A DNA stretch of 46,204 bases from Candidatus Moraniibacteriota bacterium (GCA_013334575.1 JAAXXG010000008.1:1-46204), one strand, 5' to 3'. Numbered from the stretch's first letter, positions 28,332 to 38,888 are shown. The notes: generated by a model not told the origin, from the letters alone. Program-made: numbers and translations.

Positions 28332-29963
28332 ATGAGGAGCATCCTCCTGCGTTCGCGCATCGTCTTCTGGTCGGCACTCGTCCTTATCACCCTCGGGGCG
28401 TTCGCCATCCGGAACTACCGCATCGAATCGGTACCGTCCGGACTTTACCCCGACGAGGCGATGAACGGCGTCGACGCACTCGTCGCGAACGAGACCGGAG
28501 ACTACAAGCTGTTCTATCCGAACAACTACGGACGGGAGGGCCTTTTCATCAATCTCCAGGCACTTTCCATCAAGGCGTTCGGCAACACCATTCCCGCACT
28601 CAAGATCTGGTCCGAGATTTTCGGCGCCCTCACCGCGCTCGGCATCGGCCTCTTGGCCTGGGAAGTCTTCCGAAGCCGGTACGCCGCACTCTCCGCTTCG
28701 TTCCTCACCGCCACCTCGTTCTGGACGATCAACTTCTCGCGCATCGGCTTCCGGGCCATCATGATGCCGCTCCTCCTTTCCTTTTCCTTCTTTTTCTTCT
28801 TCCGCGGCCTTCGAACCCGCAGATTCCTTCCCTTCGCACTCTCCGGATTCCTCTTCGGTCTCGGGCTCCATACCTACGTCGCGTTCCGGCTCGCGCCACT
28901 GATCCTCATCCTCCTGCTACCGTTCCTCCTCCTCTCGTACCGTTCGTTCCTCGCCCGATACTGGAAGCACGGGCTTACCTTCGTCCTGTTCGCCACACTC
29001 TCCGCCGCGCCGATGTTCTACGAATTCGCGACGCACCCGGAAATCTTCTCCTCGCGCTCGGCCGCGGTATCCATCCTCTCTCCCGAGATCAACAAAGGGA
29101 ACCTTGCGGGAACCTTCGCGAAGACGCTCGGACTCTCCCTCATCAAATACAATTTCTTCGGCGATCAGAACTGGCGGCACAACTATCCGCCCTATCCGAT
29201 TCTCGACCCGATCGTCGGCATGTTCTTCCTCGCCGGATTCGTTTTCTCGATCGGAATGTTCGTCCGCATCCTTTCCGAGCGGATCCGCTCCGGCCATCCG
29301 GACACCGAACTGGCGACACATGCGTTCCTTCTCATCGGATTCGCCTCCATGCTCGCTCCCGAGTTCCTTACCGAGGAAGGCCTTCCGCATGCCCTGCGGG
29401 CGATCGGGACCCAGCCGTTCGTCTTCCTCTTCGCGACCATCCCGCTCGTCTTCCTGTTCCGTAAGCTTCGGCGATCGAAGGGCGGAACCGGCGTCGCCCT
29501 CTCGGTTTTCCTCCTCATCGCCCTCCTCGGCTCCGCCTCATTCAATCTCGTCAAATACTTCGTCTCATACCGGGACAACCCCAATCAGCACGGCGCCTTC
29601 GATGAGCGGACGACGAACATGGCCCGCTACCTCGTCTCCCTTCCCGCCGAAACGCGCAAGTACGTATATGCGAACGCAGGCGGTCAGAAGATAGATAACG
29701 GCCTCCCTATCACGGCCCAGCCGATCGTCTTCCTTACGCACGGCAAGGCGGACAACCTCGAGTTCCTCGGTCCCGATTCGGTCGTCACCATCCCGGCCGT
29801 CATAATCCCCATGAACGACGAACCGAGGATATTCGACCGCATCAGACAGCTCGTTCCGGACGCATACGAAGCGGTCATAGATCTCGACCCGGGTACGGGA
29901 ACGGCCTTCACGGCGATCATCATACCGGAAGGGAGTCCCGGAGAAACGGGACCGACGGAATAA
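28332..29963 (+). CDS. glycosyltransferase family 39-like (ArnT/PMT)
   Basis: PSGLYPDEA motif after the first TM; multi-TM; extended -10 TGGTATAAT at 28293-28301. Confidence 0.85.
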   Translation: MRSILLRSRIVFWSALVLITLGAFAIRNYRIESVPSGLYPDEAMNGVDALVANETGDYKLFYPNNYGREGLFINLQALSIKAFGNTIPALKIWSEIFGALTALGIGLLAWEVFRSRYAALSASFLTATSFWTINFSRIGFRAIMMPLLLSFSFFFFFRGLRTRRFLPFALSGFLFGLGLHTYVAFRLAPLILILLLPFLLLSYRSFLARYWKHGLTFVLFATLSAAPMFYEFATHPEIFSSRSAAVSILSPEINKGNLAGTFAKTLGLSLIKYNFFGDQNWRHNYPPYPILDPIVGMFFLAGFVFSIGMFVRILSERIRSGHPDTELATHAFLLIGFASMLAPEFLTEEGLPHALRAIGTQPFVFLFATIPLVFLFRKLRRSKGGTGVALSVFLLIALLGSASFNLVKYFVSYRDNPNQHGAFDERTTNMARYLVSLPAETRKYVYANAGGQKIDNGLPITAQPIVFLTHGKADNLEFLGPDSVVTIPAVIIPMNDEPRIFDRIRQLVPDAYEAVIDLDPGTGTAFTAIIIPEGSPGETGPTE

Positions 29964-29997
29964 TCCGCATCCGGAAAACCGATAAGCACCGACCGAT

Positions 29998-31872
29998 ATG
30001 GACCACATCAAGAAGCATGCCGGACTGATTGCCGGAGCGATGCTCGCCCTCCTCTTCGCAGTCTCACTCGCCGTCTCCTGGCAGGAATCGACGATCATGG
30101 ACGAGAAGGCGCATATCCCCGCCGGCTATTCCTATGTACGATTCGGAGATATGCGGCTCAATCCGGAGCATCCGCCGCTTCTCAAGGACCTTGCCGGGCT
30201 CGCGCTCCTGCCGCTTCAGCCCGCCTTTCCGACCGATTCGCCGCTCTGGCAGGAAGGAACGAACGAACAATGGACGATCGGCGACCGACTCCTCGCCGAT
30301 AACGATACCGAAACCGTCACCTTCGTCGCCCGCATCCCGATCATCCTCCTCGCACTCCTGCTCGGCTTCGTCATCTTTCGGTGGACCAAGGAACTCGCCG
30401 GCTCCGTAGCGGCCCTCTTCGCGCTCCTCCTCTACGCAGCCGACCCGAACATCATCGCTCATGACCACTACGTGACGACGGATCTCGGTATCGCCGCCGT
30501 CATCTTCTTCGCCTTCTGGAGCTTCATGCGGTTCCTGAAACGACCCGGATTCCGTTCCGTCGTTCTCTTCGGCGTCCTGCTCGGCATCGCTCAGCTCACC
30601 AAGTTTTCGGCAGTACTCCTCTTCCCGTATTTCGGCCTCGTCGCGACAGTCTATGCGCTCACGGCATCGAAACCGGACCAGGTCGCCGGATCCGTCGCGG
30701 GATACCGATTCCGTTCGCTTCTTTCGGTCCTCCTTCGATACGCCGGAGCAGTCCTCGTCTGCTTCGCGCTCATCTACGCGGTCTACGTCCCGCATGTCAT
30801 GAACATGCCCGGCGAGAAGCTCCCCGCGATCGCCCGGATGATGATCAACCAGGATATCGCCATCGGCAGATTCGCGGTAAACTTTGTCGACATTACCAGC
30901 AAGAGCGCCGTTCTCAAGCCATATTCCGAATACTTCCTCGGGGTCTTCATGGTCTTCGCCCGCGTCGCCGGCGGGAATACCTTCTACTTCTTCGGCAACG
31001 TAAGCAATCACGCCAATCCCTGGTACTTCCCGGCAGTCTTCGCCCTCAAGGAAACCATTCCGCTTCTCTTTCTCATCGTCTCAACCTCGTTCTATTCGCT
31101 CTACCGAATCATCCGATACCTCTTCCGCCGCCCGGTGCGCGGCTGGTGTCGGACATTCGCACATTCCTTCCAGGGCCACACGACGCAGTACGCCATGTTC
31201 GGCTTCATCGCGCTCTATGCCTTCGTAAGCATCACGGGCAACCTTAACATCGGATTCCGACACCTGTTCCCGATCCTCCCGCTCACCTACGTCCTGATCG
31301 CCAAGACGGTCTTCGACTTCATCCGCCACGAGGACTTCCGCGGCGAGAAGGCCGCCAAAGCCGTCCTCGTCGTCCTTTCGCTCTGGATCGCCGCCATCCC
31401 CGTCCTCACGTACCCCTCGTACCTCTCATACTTCAACGAAGCGGCCGGCGGACACGGGAACGGATACCGCTACGTGACCGATTCCAACTACGACTGGGGG
31501 CAGGATCTCAAGCGGCTCCGGTCGTTCGTGGACGGTTTCGACGCGTGCAAGTCGGGCGCCGCACTCGGCGACGACTGCGCGGCCTATTCGGGACTCATGC
31601 AATACCCGGCGATCGAAACGATCAAGGTCGACTACTTCGGCGGCGACAACCCGAAACATTATCTCGGCGACCGATTCGTCGGCGGAAACGACGGACAGGG
31701 CTGGGCGCCGGGCTGGTACGCCATCTCCGTCGGCTTCTTCCAGGAAAGCATCCATAAGACGGTCGCCCCCGGAACCTCGACGTACCGCTGGCTCGTCGAC
31801 GGCGGATACCGTCCGGTCGCCCGCGCCGGCGACTCGATCCTCATCTTCTACGTCCCCCCGATCGAGGACTGA
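29998..31872 (+). CDS. glycosyltransferase family 39-like (ArnT/PMT)
   Basis: MDEKAHIPAG, NPEHPPLLK, YVTTD, TKFSA, NIGFRHLFP, DSNYDWGQDL. Confidence 0.87.
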   Translation: MDHIKKHAGLIAGAMLALLFAVSLAVSWQESTIMDEKAHIPAGYSYVRFGDMRLNPEHPPLLKDLAGLALLPLQPAFPTDSPLWQEGTNEQWTIGDRLLADNDTETVTFVARIPIILLALLLGFVIFRWTKELAGSVAALFALLLYAADPNIIAHDHYVTTDLGIAAVIFFAFWSFMRFLKRPGFRSVVLFGVLLGIAQLTKFSAVLLFPYFGLVATVYALTASKPDQVAGSVAGYRFRSLLSVLLRYAGAVLVCFALIYAVYVPHVMNMPGEKLPAIARMMINQDIAIGRFAVNFVDITSKSAVLKPYSEYFLGVFMVFARVAGGNTFYFFGNVSNHANPWYFPAVFALKETIPLLFLIVSTSFYSLYRIIRYLFRRPVRGWCRTFAHSFQGHTTQYAMFGFIALYAFVSITGNLNIGFRHLFPILPLTYVLIAKTVFDFIRHEDFRGEKAAKAVLVVLSLWIAAIPVLTYPSYLSYFNEAAGGHGNGYRYVTDSNYDWGQDLKRLRSFVDGFDACKSGAALGDDCAAYSGLMQYPAIETIKVDYFGGDNPKHYLGDRFVGGNDGQGWAPGWYAISVGFFQESIHKTVAPGTSTYRWLVDGGYRPVARAGDSILIFYVPPIED

Positions 31873-31887
31873 GGATTCGAACATCGA

Positions 31888-31920
31888 TAAAAAAGACCGG
31901 CCCGGAGCCGGTCTTTTTTT
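31888..31920. terminator. bidirectional terminator
   Basis: AAAAAAGACCGGC-loop-GCCGGTCTTTTTTT. Confidence 0.85.
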
Positions 31921-31930
31921 GGGCGGATCT

Positions 31931-32128
31931 TCAGTCGGCGGATTCCCAAACGTCGTCGTCCGGACCGAGCGGCCCTCCGTCGGATCCGGCACGACAGGAC
32001 GGACACGACGAGAACATGATCCCCTCATCGGCGTCGTCTTCCGAGAATCCGACTTCGTTTCCGCAATTGGCGCATCGGTACCGTCCCGCGGCCGGCACCC
32101 GGTCCCCCACCGTATACGTCGTTCCCAT
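31931..32128 (-). CDS. small zinc-ribbon protein
   Basis: GDRVPAAGRYRCANCG...CPSC...W. Confidence 0.7.
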   Translation of the reverse strand: MGTTYTVGDRVPAAGRYRCANCGNEVGFSEDDADEGIMFSSCPSCRAGSDGGPLGPDDDVWESAD

Positions 32129-32233
32129 ATGGCGACAAAGACGGATTACGCCATCATTATACGCCATCGACCGATCACATTCCACTATGGAAAACGGGCC
32201 GACCCTTTCGGATCGACCCGCACACGCATATAT

Positions 32234-32461
32234 TCACGGTCCATCTTTCCGTTGATTGCAGATGACCGCCGGAATAGTGATCGCCAGAACCAAAAAGATT
32301 CCAAAGATGCACAGATATTCCAGAGATCCCAAGGCGTATCCTCCGACTTCGACCGCACCGATCCGCGCCATGGCGGTCGCTTCGGACGCATTGACACAAT
32401 CCGGCGCCGTAACCCAGGCAAGGCACGAGAAAAACACGCCGGTTACGAATGTTTTCTTCAT
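32234..32461 (-). CDS. small membrane protein
   Basis: MKK signal-like N-terminus plus a C-terminal TM. Confidence 0.5.
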   Translation of the reverse strand: MKKTFVTGVFFSCLAWVTAPDCVNASEATAMARIGAVEVGGYALGSLEYLCIFGIFLVLAITIPAVICNQRKDGP

Positions 32462-32620
32462 CGTTCGTTTCCGTTTAATTTGTTTCGTAATTCGTAAGGA
32501 AAGCGTCTCCGTTATACGATATGCGGAATAAAACGTCAATATGAAATAAAGACCGGCGCATCCGTATCGGATACGCCGCTGAGGCATACTCGGCAACCGG
32601 TCCGAGAACCGGCCGGACCG

Positions 32621-32941
32621 CTATCGCTCCTTCGCCTCACCGCGGAAGAGTGCCGCGGTCCATTCCATCTCCTCGTCGAAGGCCCGGTCGAAATCCGGCA
32701 CAAGCGTGCGGATCGTATCGAGGAACGACTCGAGCGTCACCCCTTCGACCGCGAGCGCCTGCCGCACTTCTTCCGTCCTCTCCTCCGGGACGCGCAGAAG
32801 CAACCGCTTCGTCACGATGTCGGCGAACTTTCCCGTAAGCAGCAGCTGATCATCGAGCGACGCCGCGTCGACTCCCAGTAAGTCCACGATCTTTTCCGCG
32901 CTCATCGCGAGCGCGATCCTTTCCTTGATATCGTTCGTCAT
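32621..32941 (-). CDS. hypothetical helical protein (DUF5663-like)
   Basis: 106 aa; ATGA coupling with the upstream ORF; family call is recalled resemblance only. Confidence 0.65.
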   Translation of the reverse strand: MTNDIKERIALAMSAEKIVDLLGVDAASLDDQLLLTGKFADIVTKRLLLRVPEERTEEVRQALAVEGVTLESFLDTIRTLVPDFDRAFDEEMEWTAALFRGEAKER

Positions 32942-33588
32942 ACGATTGCCAGTTCCGGATAATCCCCTTCGTCCTCCCTGAGAGAGGAAGCGTCCCCTTC
33001 GACAGTCCCGGCGCCGCGCTCCGCCGCCCATCGCGCGGAGTTCCGACTCCACAGGACGACTCCCGGAACAAGAAGCAGAGAACCGAACGGAGGCGGAAGA
33101 GGCATACTGGCGGAAACGAGCGTTCCGGAAACGATCGCCGTCGCAAGTCGGGACTTCGGAAGCGGGATTCGATGCTCTTCCATCCAATTAAAAGCAGATT
33201 CACCTTTCTTCAGATGCGGAGAGATCGACTTCTCGACCATTCCGCGAACCTTTCGCATGAATTCCGCGCCGAACCGCTCCACGATCCGTATCTCGAGTTC
33301 GGAGCCGAACTTTTCCGCCTTCAGAATCATCTCATCGATCTTCTGTTCGATTCCGGACAACTCCACGGATTCCCGATTTCCCGACATCCGGGCAACTTCA
33401 TCTGTCGAATTCTCAAGAGACGGTTCGACCGAAACGGGATCGATGTCGGGCGATTCCGTCGTTGACAAGGCGTGCTCATCGTTCTCGGTCACCACCGTAC
33501 CGTCCGAAACGGAAAGCTCCGTTTCCGCACCGGGCAGAATCGTATGATTGTCGCCACCAAGCGGAATATCGAATCTCGGAAGTCTCAT
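32938..33588 (-). CDS. hypothetical protein with C-terminal TM hairpin
   Basis: Acidic N-terminus, hydrophobic hairpin; start uncertain. Confidence 0.65.
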   Translation of the reverse strand: MRLPRFDIPLGGDNHTILPGAETELSVSDGTVVTENDEHALSTTESPDIDPVSVEPSLENSTDEVARMSGNRESVELSGIEQKIDEMILKAEKFGSELEIRIVERFGAEFMRKVRGMVEKSISPHLKKGESAFNWMEEHRIPLPKSRLATAIVSGTLVSASMPLPPPFGSLLLVPGVVLWSRNSARWAAERGAGTVEGDASSLREDEGDYPELAIV

Positions 33589-33670
33589 AGTCCGGTCATA
33601 TTTATAACCGCCTCCCATTATCCCGCATCCGGACGAACCTGGCAACCGAACCACCCCTTTTATACGACTT

Positions 33671-34345
33671 TTATACGACGGCCTTCCAAAGCCCCTTTGT
33701 GAGCGAAAACAGACGCGAGACGTTTCCAAGCAGCAAAGACACGATACCCAGATAGACCGTCACGGTAGCGATCCATGAGGAAGACGCGAGCTTAAGCGCG
33801 CTCCCGAGCGACCGGCTCGGCAGAAGACGATGTCCGTGAAAATCGACCGCCGCATAGGCCTCGTCGAGGACGAGATGAGCCAGGTAACCGAGTAAAGCCG
33901 CCGTTCCGAGCAGGAACGCGTCACCCTCCCCGTACGAGAGCGTTCCCCCGACGAAGAACACGGACAACCCTGCAAGGAGCGCGGCCGGAAGCGAGTGCGC
34001 CATGCCGCGGTGCGTCGTGAGCCGTTTGAAGATCCCGCCGACGACTATCCAGACCGCGGCAGCCGTCCCGACACCGAACAGCGCCGCCTCATTCCATGCA
34101 GTCCCCTTCGATATCTGCGCCGACCAGACCGCTCCCCCTGCGATGATCGACAGTGCTCCGAACGCGACATGAAACGGCACACCGGAATCGCTGTCGATAT
34201 CGGGCGCCATCGCGCCGAGCGCGGCAACGAAGAATATCGGGACGAGGATCATCGGTCCCGATACGAGTCCGAGCGTCGCGGCGACGGCCGACACGGCCGC
34301 CCCGAGCCCGACACCGAACGCCGCATGCGTCCTGAAATCCGCCAT
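33671..34345 (-). CDS. YdjM-family metal-dependent membrane hydrolase
   Basis: FRTH, APDIDS, HRGMAHS, GYLAHLVLDE. Confidence 0.88.
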   Translation of the reverse strand: MADFRTHAAFGVGLGAAVSAVAATLGLVSGPMILVPIFFVAALGAMAPDIDSDSGVPFHVAFGALSIIAGGAVWSAQISKGTAWNEAALFGVGTAAAVWIVVGGIFKRLTTHRGMAHSLPAALLAGLSVFFVGGTLSYGEGDAFLLGTAALLGYLAHLVLDEAYAAVDFHGHRLLPSRSLGSALKLASSSWIATVTVYLGIVSLLLGNVSRLFSLTKGLWKAVV

Positions 34346-34469
34346 AGAGGATGTGCTTCATTCGCATTATACACCGGTTCCCGTCACGGCGCCCCTGAGT
34401 TGCGTCACGAACCGACGCGTGCTATAACACCGGAACCCTTTACCAACCCCGAAAAACAGGAGCCTGACC

Positions 34470-34847
34470 ATGCAGATCAATATCACCATGCCGCATCAGC
34501 TTGAAACCACGTCCCGGGAAAAAATCGAAACACTCCTCCTTGAGCTCTCGGGCTACTCGACGGAATACGTCGAGATCGAACTTGGAGAAACCGAAAGGTC
34601 CGTTCCGATCTATCGGATTACGGTCGCAAGAGCCCTTTCCGACATGCGGCTCGTCCTCCATCCGGACGAACTCCTGATCGGACGATTCCACGATAACGGC
34701 CGGATCGACTGGTATTACCCGGAAAAGATCCGGAGCATGCGAAGATCGCTCTTCGCCGGCAGTCGCCAAGCCGACGACGGCTACGTCCGGTCGCAGATAA
34801 CCCGAGTCACTATCGCTGGGAGAAAAATGGAAAAGCCGCCCGAATAA
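34470..34847 (+). CDS. hypothetical protein
   Basis: 125-aa ORF followed by terminator at 34831-34860. Confidence 0.65.
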   Translation: MQINITMPHQLETTSREKIETLLLELSGYSTEYVEIELGETERSVPIYRITVARALSDMRLVLHPDELLIGRFHDNGRIDWYYPEKIRSMRRSLFAGSRQADDGYVRSQITRVTIAGRKMEKPPE

Positions 34848-34921
34848 GAGCGGCTTTTTTTCTTTTCATTCCCTCGTCTTCACTTTCACAGAAAAAACAA
34901 GGCTTATCCGAGCCTTAAAAA

Positions 34922-35470
34922 TCAGCCTCTTTCATGTTCGGATCCACGGACAGCATTTCGGCCCTCCTTGCCATCCCCGTGTCCCGGAATACAGATATCC
35001 CCGATGGTCTCCCTTCCGTGATTCTTCCCTTCCCATTCTTTCCGGTCTCCGTACGCGGCAAATTCGTCGTAAAAACGGTGCGGCGCGATCGGACGCCTCG
35101 TCGCCTTGATCGGACACCAGTACCGTTCGGTCCGCGCGCCGACCTCGACAAAGTACGCGAACAGCCCGTTGAGGTAGCTGCAATACCAGCAGTTGAGCCG
35201 CTGCACGGGCCCGAGATACCGCAGGTGCCGCCGCTCGAACACGACATAGTCCGAACGCCGGACGACCGGCAGCCCGTAGAGCGGGAACGCCGCGACGTTG
35301 TACAGCGTAACGAAGAGGTCCATGAGGACCGCCGGGAAGAACAGTGCGTAGATGAACGGGATCGACAGGCAGTGCCGCACGTACTGCAAGACGCTGCCGA
35401 AGGCAGCAGCACCGGACGACGCCGATGCGTCATCGGTCGCCGCGTCACCGTAAAAAGAGACATCCGCCAT
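34922..35470 (-). CDS. hypothetical membrane protein, Cys-containing
   Basis: TM segment; RRHLRYL..LNCWYCSYLNGL..RTERYWCPIK. Confidence 0.8.
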   Translation of the reverse strand: MADVSFYGDAATDDASASSGAAAFGSVLQYVRHCLSIPFIYALFFPAVLMDLFVTLYNVAAFPLYGLPVVRRSDYVVFERRHLRYLGPVQRLNCWYCSYLNGLFAYFVEVGARTERYWCPIKATRRPIAPHRFYDEFAAYGDRKEWEGKNHGRETIGDICIPGHGDGKEGRNAVRGSEHERG

Positions 35471-35654
35471 AGTCGAAAGAAAAGCCCGGTTATTCCCGTC
35501 ACCGGACCAGTATACGCGAAACGAAGACCCTTTGCCATCATCCCTCCCAACACGACTATCCGATCAAACAGAGTCGAAGATGCGAAAAGCGGGCCTACAT
35601 GGGCCCGCTTATCGTCTTCCGTCCCCCTCTCTCAACCGCAGGACCGGTAATTTC

Positions 35655-35915
35655 CTACTGTTCCCTTTCGCCGTCGGAACACTCTCCTGAAACGTCTTCG
35701 GACGTTTTTTTGCGCGTCAAAGAGGCCTCGCTGGTGTGGCCGTCGGATTCTCGACGCGCCACCGACCGCTCTATGAACTCCGTTTCGTTCGGTTCGGGCA
35801 GAGCGGAAGAATCCCCGAGCATCCCGTCTCGCTGGTCCGCGGGGTCCTTTCCGATCTGATCCCGCTCGTCCACGGAATCCGACCCGTATTCAGTTTCGGA
35901 TTCGACCCGTTTCAT
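35655..35915 (-). CDS. hypothetical acidic protein
   Basis: 86-aa low-complexity ORF. Confidence 0.4.
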   Translation of the reverse strand: MKRVESETEYGSDSVDERDQIGKDPADQRDGMLGDSSALPEPNETEFIERSVARRESDGHTSEASLTRKKTSEDVSGECSDGEREQ

Positions 35916-35950
35916 AGGTAATTACGAACGGCTTTTTCGCGAAACCCATT

Positions 35951-36526
35951 TTATTCCCGGGTATGCCCTCTGTCAAACCAGCCGTGATATTGCCTCGTTA
36001 TAGAACACTTTCCGGTCGGTTTCATCACGCCCTTGTCGCCACCCGACGCGCTTCCCGACCAGGAAGCGAGCGCCAGTATGACGACTCCCGATACGAGCAA
36101 TAGGACGGCCGTCTTGTATAGGCTTCCTTTTTTCTCCGTAAGCTGGACATTTTTCTCCATGGCAGCCTCGAGATCGCTCAGCAGCTGCGCGCCCAGCCCG
36201 GACGCATTATCGGAGACCAGATACTTCTCCCCGACCCCTTGCCTGAACGAGACGGAGGAATAATAGCTCCGGCGCGGCCAATTGATGCGGATAAGGATCG
36301 CGAGCGCGATAACGATCACGAGCAGCGCCGCCGAACTCGCAACGAACGCCACCCCCTCGAGATCTTCTCTCACAAGGAAGACATACCCAGTAAAAACGGT
36401 AATGCCGAACCCGAGCAGACTCCCGGCCTTCTGGTCCAACGCGGCATCCGCCGATACAACCGCATCGAAACGGCTTCTGGCGGCATCCAACAGCAACGAA
36501 TATCTTTCCGCATCCATCCCGTCCAT
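35951..36526 (-). CDS. 3-TM membrane protein
   Basis: LDQKA followed by 2 TM, WPR, then N..KK and a third TM. Confidence 0.75.
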   Translation of the reverse strand: MDGMDAERYSLLLDAARSRFDAVVSADAALDQKAGSLLGFGITVFTGYVFLVREDLEGVAFVASSAALLVIVIALAILIRINWPRRSYYSSVSFRQGVGEKYLVSDNASGLGAQLLSDLEAAMEKNVQLTEKKGSLYKTAVLLLVSGVVILALASWSGSASGGDKGVMKPTGKCSITRQYHGWFDRGHTRE

Positions 36527-36538
36527 ACGTGTCCCATT

Positions 36539-37024
36539 TCAGAATTTATCACCTCCGTTCATCCGCCAGACGGCGAGATTCAGGAAGGACGCGAAGGAGA
36601 CCCAGGCGATATACGGGAGCATGAGCATCCCTGCCCGCGAGTCGATCCGGAAGAAGAGCGCCGTCGTTACGACGATCGCGACGAGCAACGCGAGGATCTC
36701 GAGATACGCCAGGTCCGGCCGACGAAAACCGAAGAAGAGCACCGACCAGAACACGTTGAGCAGGAGCTGGACCGCGTACGCCGAGAGCGCGAGCGTCGCG
36801 CCCGGTATCGCTCGTTTCTCCCACACCAGTCCCGCCGCGATCCCCATGAGCGCGAAGAGTACCGTCCACACCGGACCGAAGAGCCAGCCCGGCGGCGTCC
36901 ACGACGGTTTGGAAAGCGTCGCGTACCAGCCCGACACGCTCCGCGCAGTGAAGACCGACCCAAGTATCCCAGCCCCTTCCGCGATCACGACCGAAACGAC
37001 GTATGGAACGAGATTCATAAGCAT
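36539..37024 (-). CDS. tspO: TspO/MBR tryptophan-rich sensory protein
   Basis: WYATLSKPSWTPPGWLFGPVWT, LNVFWSVLFFG, PYIAWVSFASFLN. Confidence 0.93.
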   Translation of the reverse strand: MLMNLVPYVVSVVIAEGAGILGSVFTARSVSGWYATLSKPSWTPPGWLFGPVWTVLFALMGIAAGLVWEKRAIPGATLALSAYAVQLLLNVFWSVLFFGFRRPDLAYLEILALLVAIVVTTALFFRIDSRAGMLMLPYIAWVSFASFLNLAVWRMNGGDKF

Positions 37025-37199
37025 AGTCCTTATCTTTTCAGTATACCCCGATTTCCGATTTTTCCCCCTCGCCAGCATCGCGAATCGCCGAAGATTCTCT
37101 TAAGAAGTCAAGGATCCGAGACGCTCTCTCAATAGGCCGCCGAAAGCAGGAAGTGTCGCCTTCAGTCCAACCCCTTCCACTCCCTCATCGAGCGGAATA

Positions 37200-37228
37200 T
37201 TGACTAAATAAGTTTCATATTGTATAAT
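37200..37228 (+). promoter_or_regulatory. sigma70 promoter
   Basis: TTGACT, 17 bp, TATAAT. Confidence 0.8.
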
Positions 37229-37286
37229 AGACGGTCAATGGATCTTTCAAACCACTCTTCCGACTTCAACATCAAACATACCCACC

Positions 37287-37739
37287 ATGAAAACCGACTC
37301 ATTCCCCGAATACCCCAGCCCGCTCGAGGTCAGCAACATACTCAACGGGTATCCCTATCTTCCGGAGCAGGAATCCCCGGAAGAGGTCTCTGCCATAAGA
37401 CGGCATCTGACCGTCCTTCTGACCGTCGCCTTCCTGGCAAGACTCAGGGAAAACCGATGGGACGCGTGGATTTCCGTCGGGGAACTGCGTGAGGCCTCTA
37501 TCAACCTGGCATTGATCGATCCGTGCCCGATGATCTCCGTCGTCATAAAACAGCAGCTCGAATATCACATCTTTCCCGAGCTGGAAGTCATGGCGGACGA
37601 AGGCCTCCTCCGAAAGATCGATTCGGAACATCCGGATAGGACCGTCTACGAGACAGGCGAACCGCTCGCAAGCTATTGCGAATTTATGACATCCGTCCTG
37701 CTCGTAAGCTCCGAGCAGACCGAGAAAGCCGCTTCATAA
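37287..37739 (+). CDS. hypothetical protein, paralogue A
   Basis: Own promoter and terminator; similar to 38889-39293 (NRWxAxIS, PELEVM..EG.L, YETGE). Confidence 0.8.
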   Translation: MKTDSFPEYPSPLEVSNILNGYPYLPEQESPEEVSAIRRHLTVLLTVAFLARLRENRWDAWISVGELREASINLALIDPCPMISVVIKQQLEYHIFPELEVMADEGLLRKIDSEHPDRTVYETGEPLASYCEFMTSVLLVSSEQTEKAAS

Positions 37740-37782
37740 TGGGCGGCTTTTTCCTTTTCATTTTCATTCAGACATTCCGGAA

Positions 37783-37844
37783 CCGATTTCGTCCGAAAAA
37801 TGCCCACTCGGAGAAGCCTCAAAAATAGACCGGGGCGGTTTCAT
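37783..37844 (+). repeat. module-boundary repeat, copy 1
   Basis: CCGATTTCGTCCGAAAAATGCCCACTCGGAGAAGCCTCAAAAATAGACCGG. Confidence 0.9.
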
Positions 37845-37950
37845 TTCTCACATCCGGTTTCAACCGGAATCATTTGCGGACAAAAAAAGCCGCCCCGATT
37901 CGTTTCCGGGACGACCTTGTTCGTTTGCTTGCCTCATTGCCGGTGACGAC

Positions 37951-38517
37951 TCATGAGGTCCGCTTCAGCTTCAGCGCTTCGATATAGTCGGAGTATTCAT
38001 ATGACTCGCATGTTCCGCGAAACAGCTCCTCCGCGAGAGTCGGCGACTTCCACACGCAGCGTTGCATCGATTTCAGATATGCTATCTGAACCGGGTCCGC
38101 ACATTCCGATATCTGCGCGGAAAGTATGAACCCCAGTAACTCGGTGTCGCTCGTATCGTACCCGCGCATGTCACCTTCGGCCAGAGTGACGAACGAAAGG
38201 ACGCTACAGGCGTTTTCGAACACGGTGTCAAAGGAGAGTCCGCCTGTACGCAACATCGCAAGGATCAACGAGACAATCTGCGGCACATATTCTTCTATGA
38301 CGGAGCTCAGCCCTTTACCATCGCCGAGCCTTTTCTGAACCACCGCGTCCGCCGCATCGTATTCTTCGGGCCCCAGCTGCGACAGGGCATTAAAGCACAT
38401 CCACACCTCCGGAAACACGATCTGTCCCCCGCCCACCCCTTCACAGGCAAAAGGCAACTTCCCCTCAACGAGTCGACACAACGTGTCGACCATCTCTTCA
38501 TTCACGTGTACGGTCAT
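37951..38517 (-). CDS. hypothetical protein
   Basis: SD AAGGAGG; promoter TTGACA-17-TACAAT at 38601-38573. Confidence 0.8.
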   Translation of the reverse strand: MTVHVNEEMVDTLCRLVEGKLPFACEGVGGGQIVFPEVWMCFNALSQLGPEEYDAADAVVQKRLGDGKGLSSVIEEYVPQIVSLILAMLRTGGLSFDTVFENACSVLSFVTLAEGDMRGYDTSDTELLGFILSAQISECADPVQIAYLKSMQRCVWKSPTLAEELFRGTCESYEYSDYIEALKLKRTS

Positions 38518-38642
38518 GTGAGACCTCCTTGGTCTTATGGTTATTGTTTCATTTTAAATTGCACGAAGAAATATTGTAGATCATAGTTAAATATTTGTCA
38601 ACCGTAAGAAATAACCGGGTTCGATTTTACCGAGCATACAGA

Positions 38643-38689
38643 CCCCTTCCGCGATCACGACCGAAACGACGTATGGAACGAGATTCATA
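38643..38689 (-). repeat. 47-bp exact duplicate of the tspO 5' region
   Basis: Identical to 36973-37019. Confidence 0.92.
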
Positions 38690-38888
38690 GGGTTCGAACC
38701 GTCATGAATATCCCTCGTACTCCCTCATGATACCGGAATCTCCGCGCCATTCACCTCGTTTCCACCGGGCCCTGCGCGCCGCATCAAGGTGCTGGCTTTG
38801 ACGCAAAAAGAGATTGACAATATTGGATACATGTAGTATTTTATGAGGTCGAAACAAAGCCGCTTACCAATATCAAACATACCGACTC

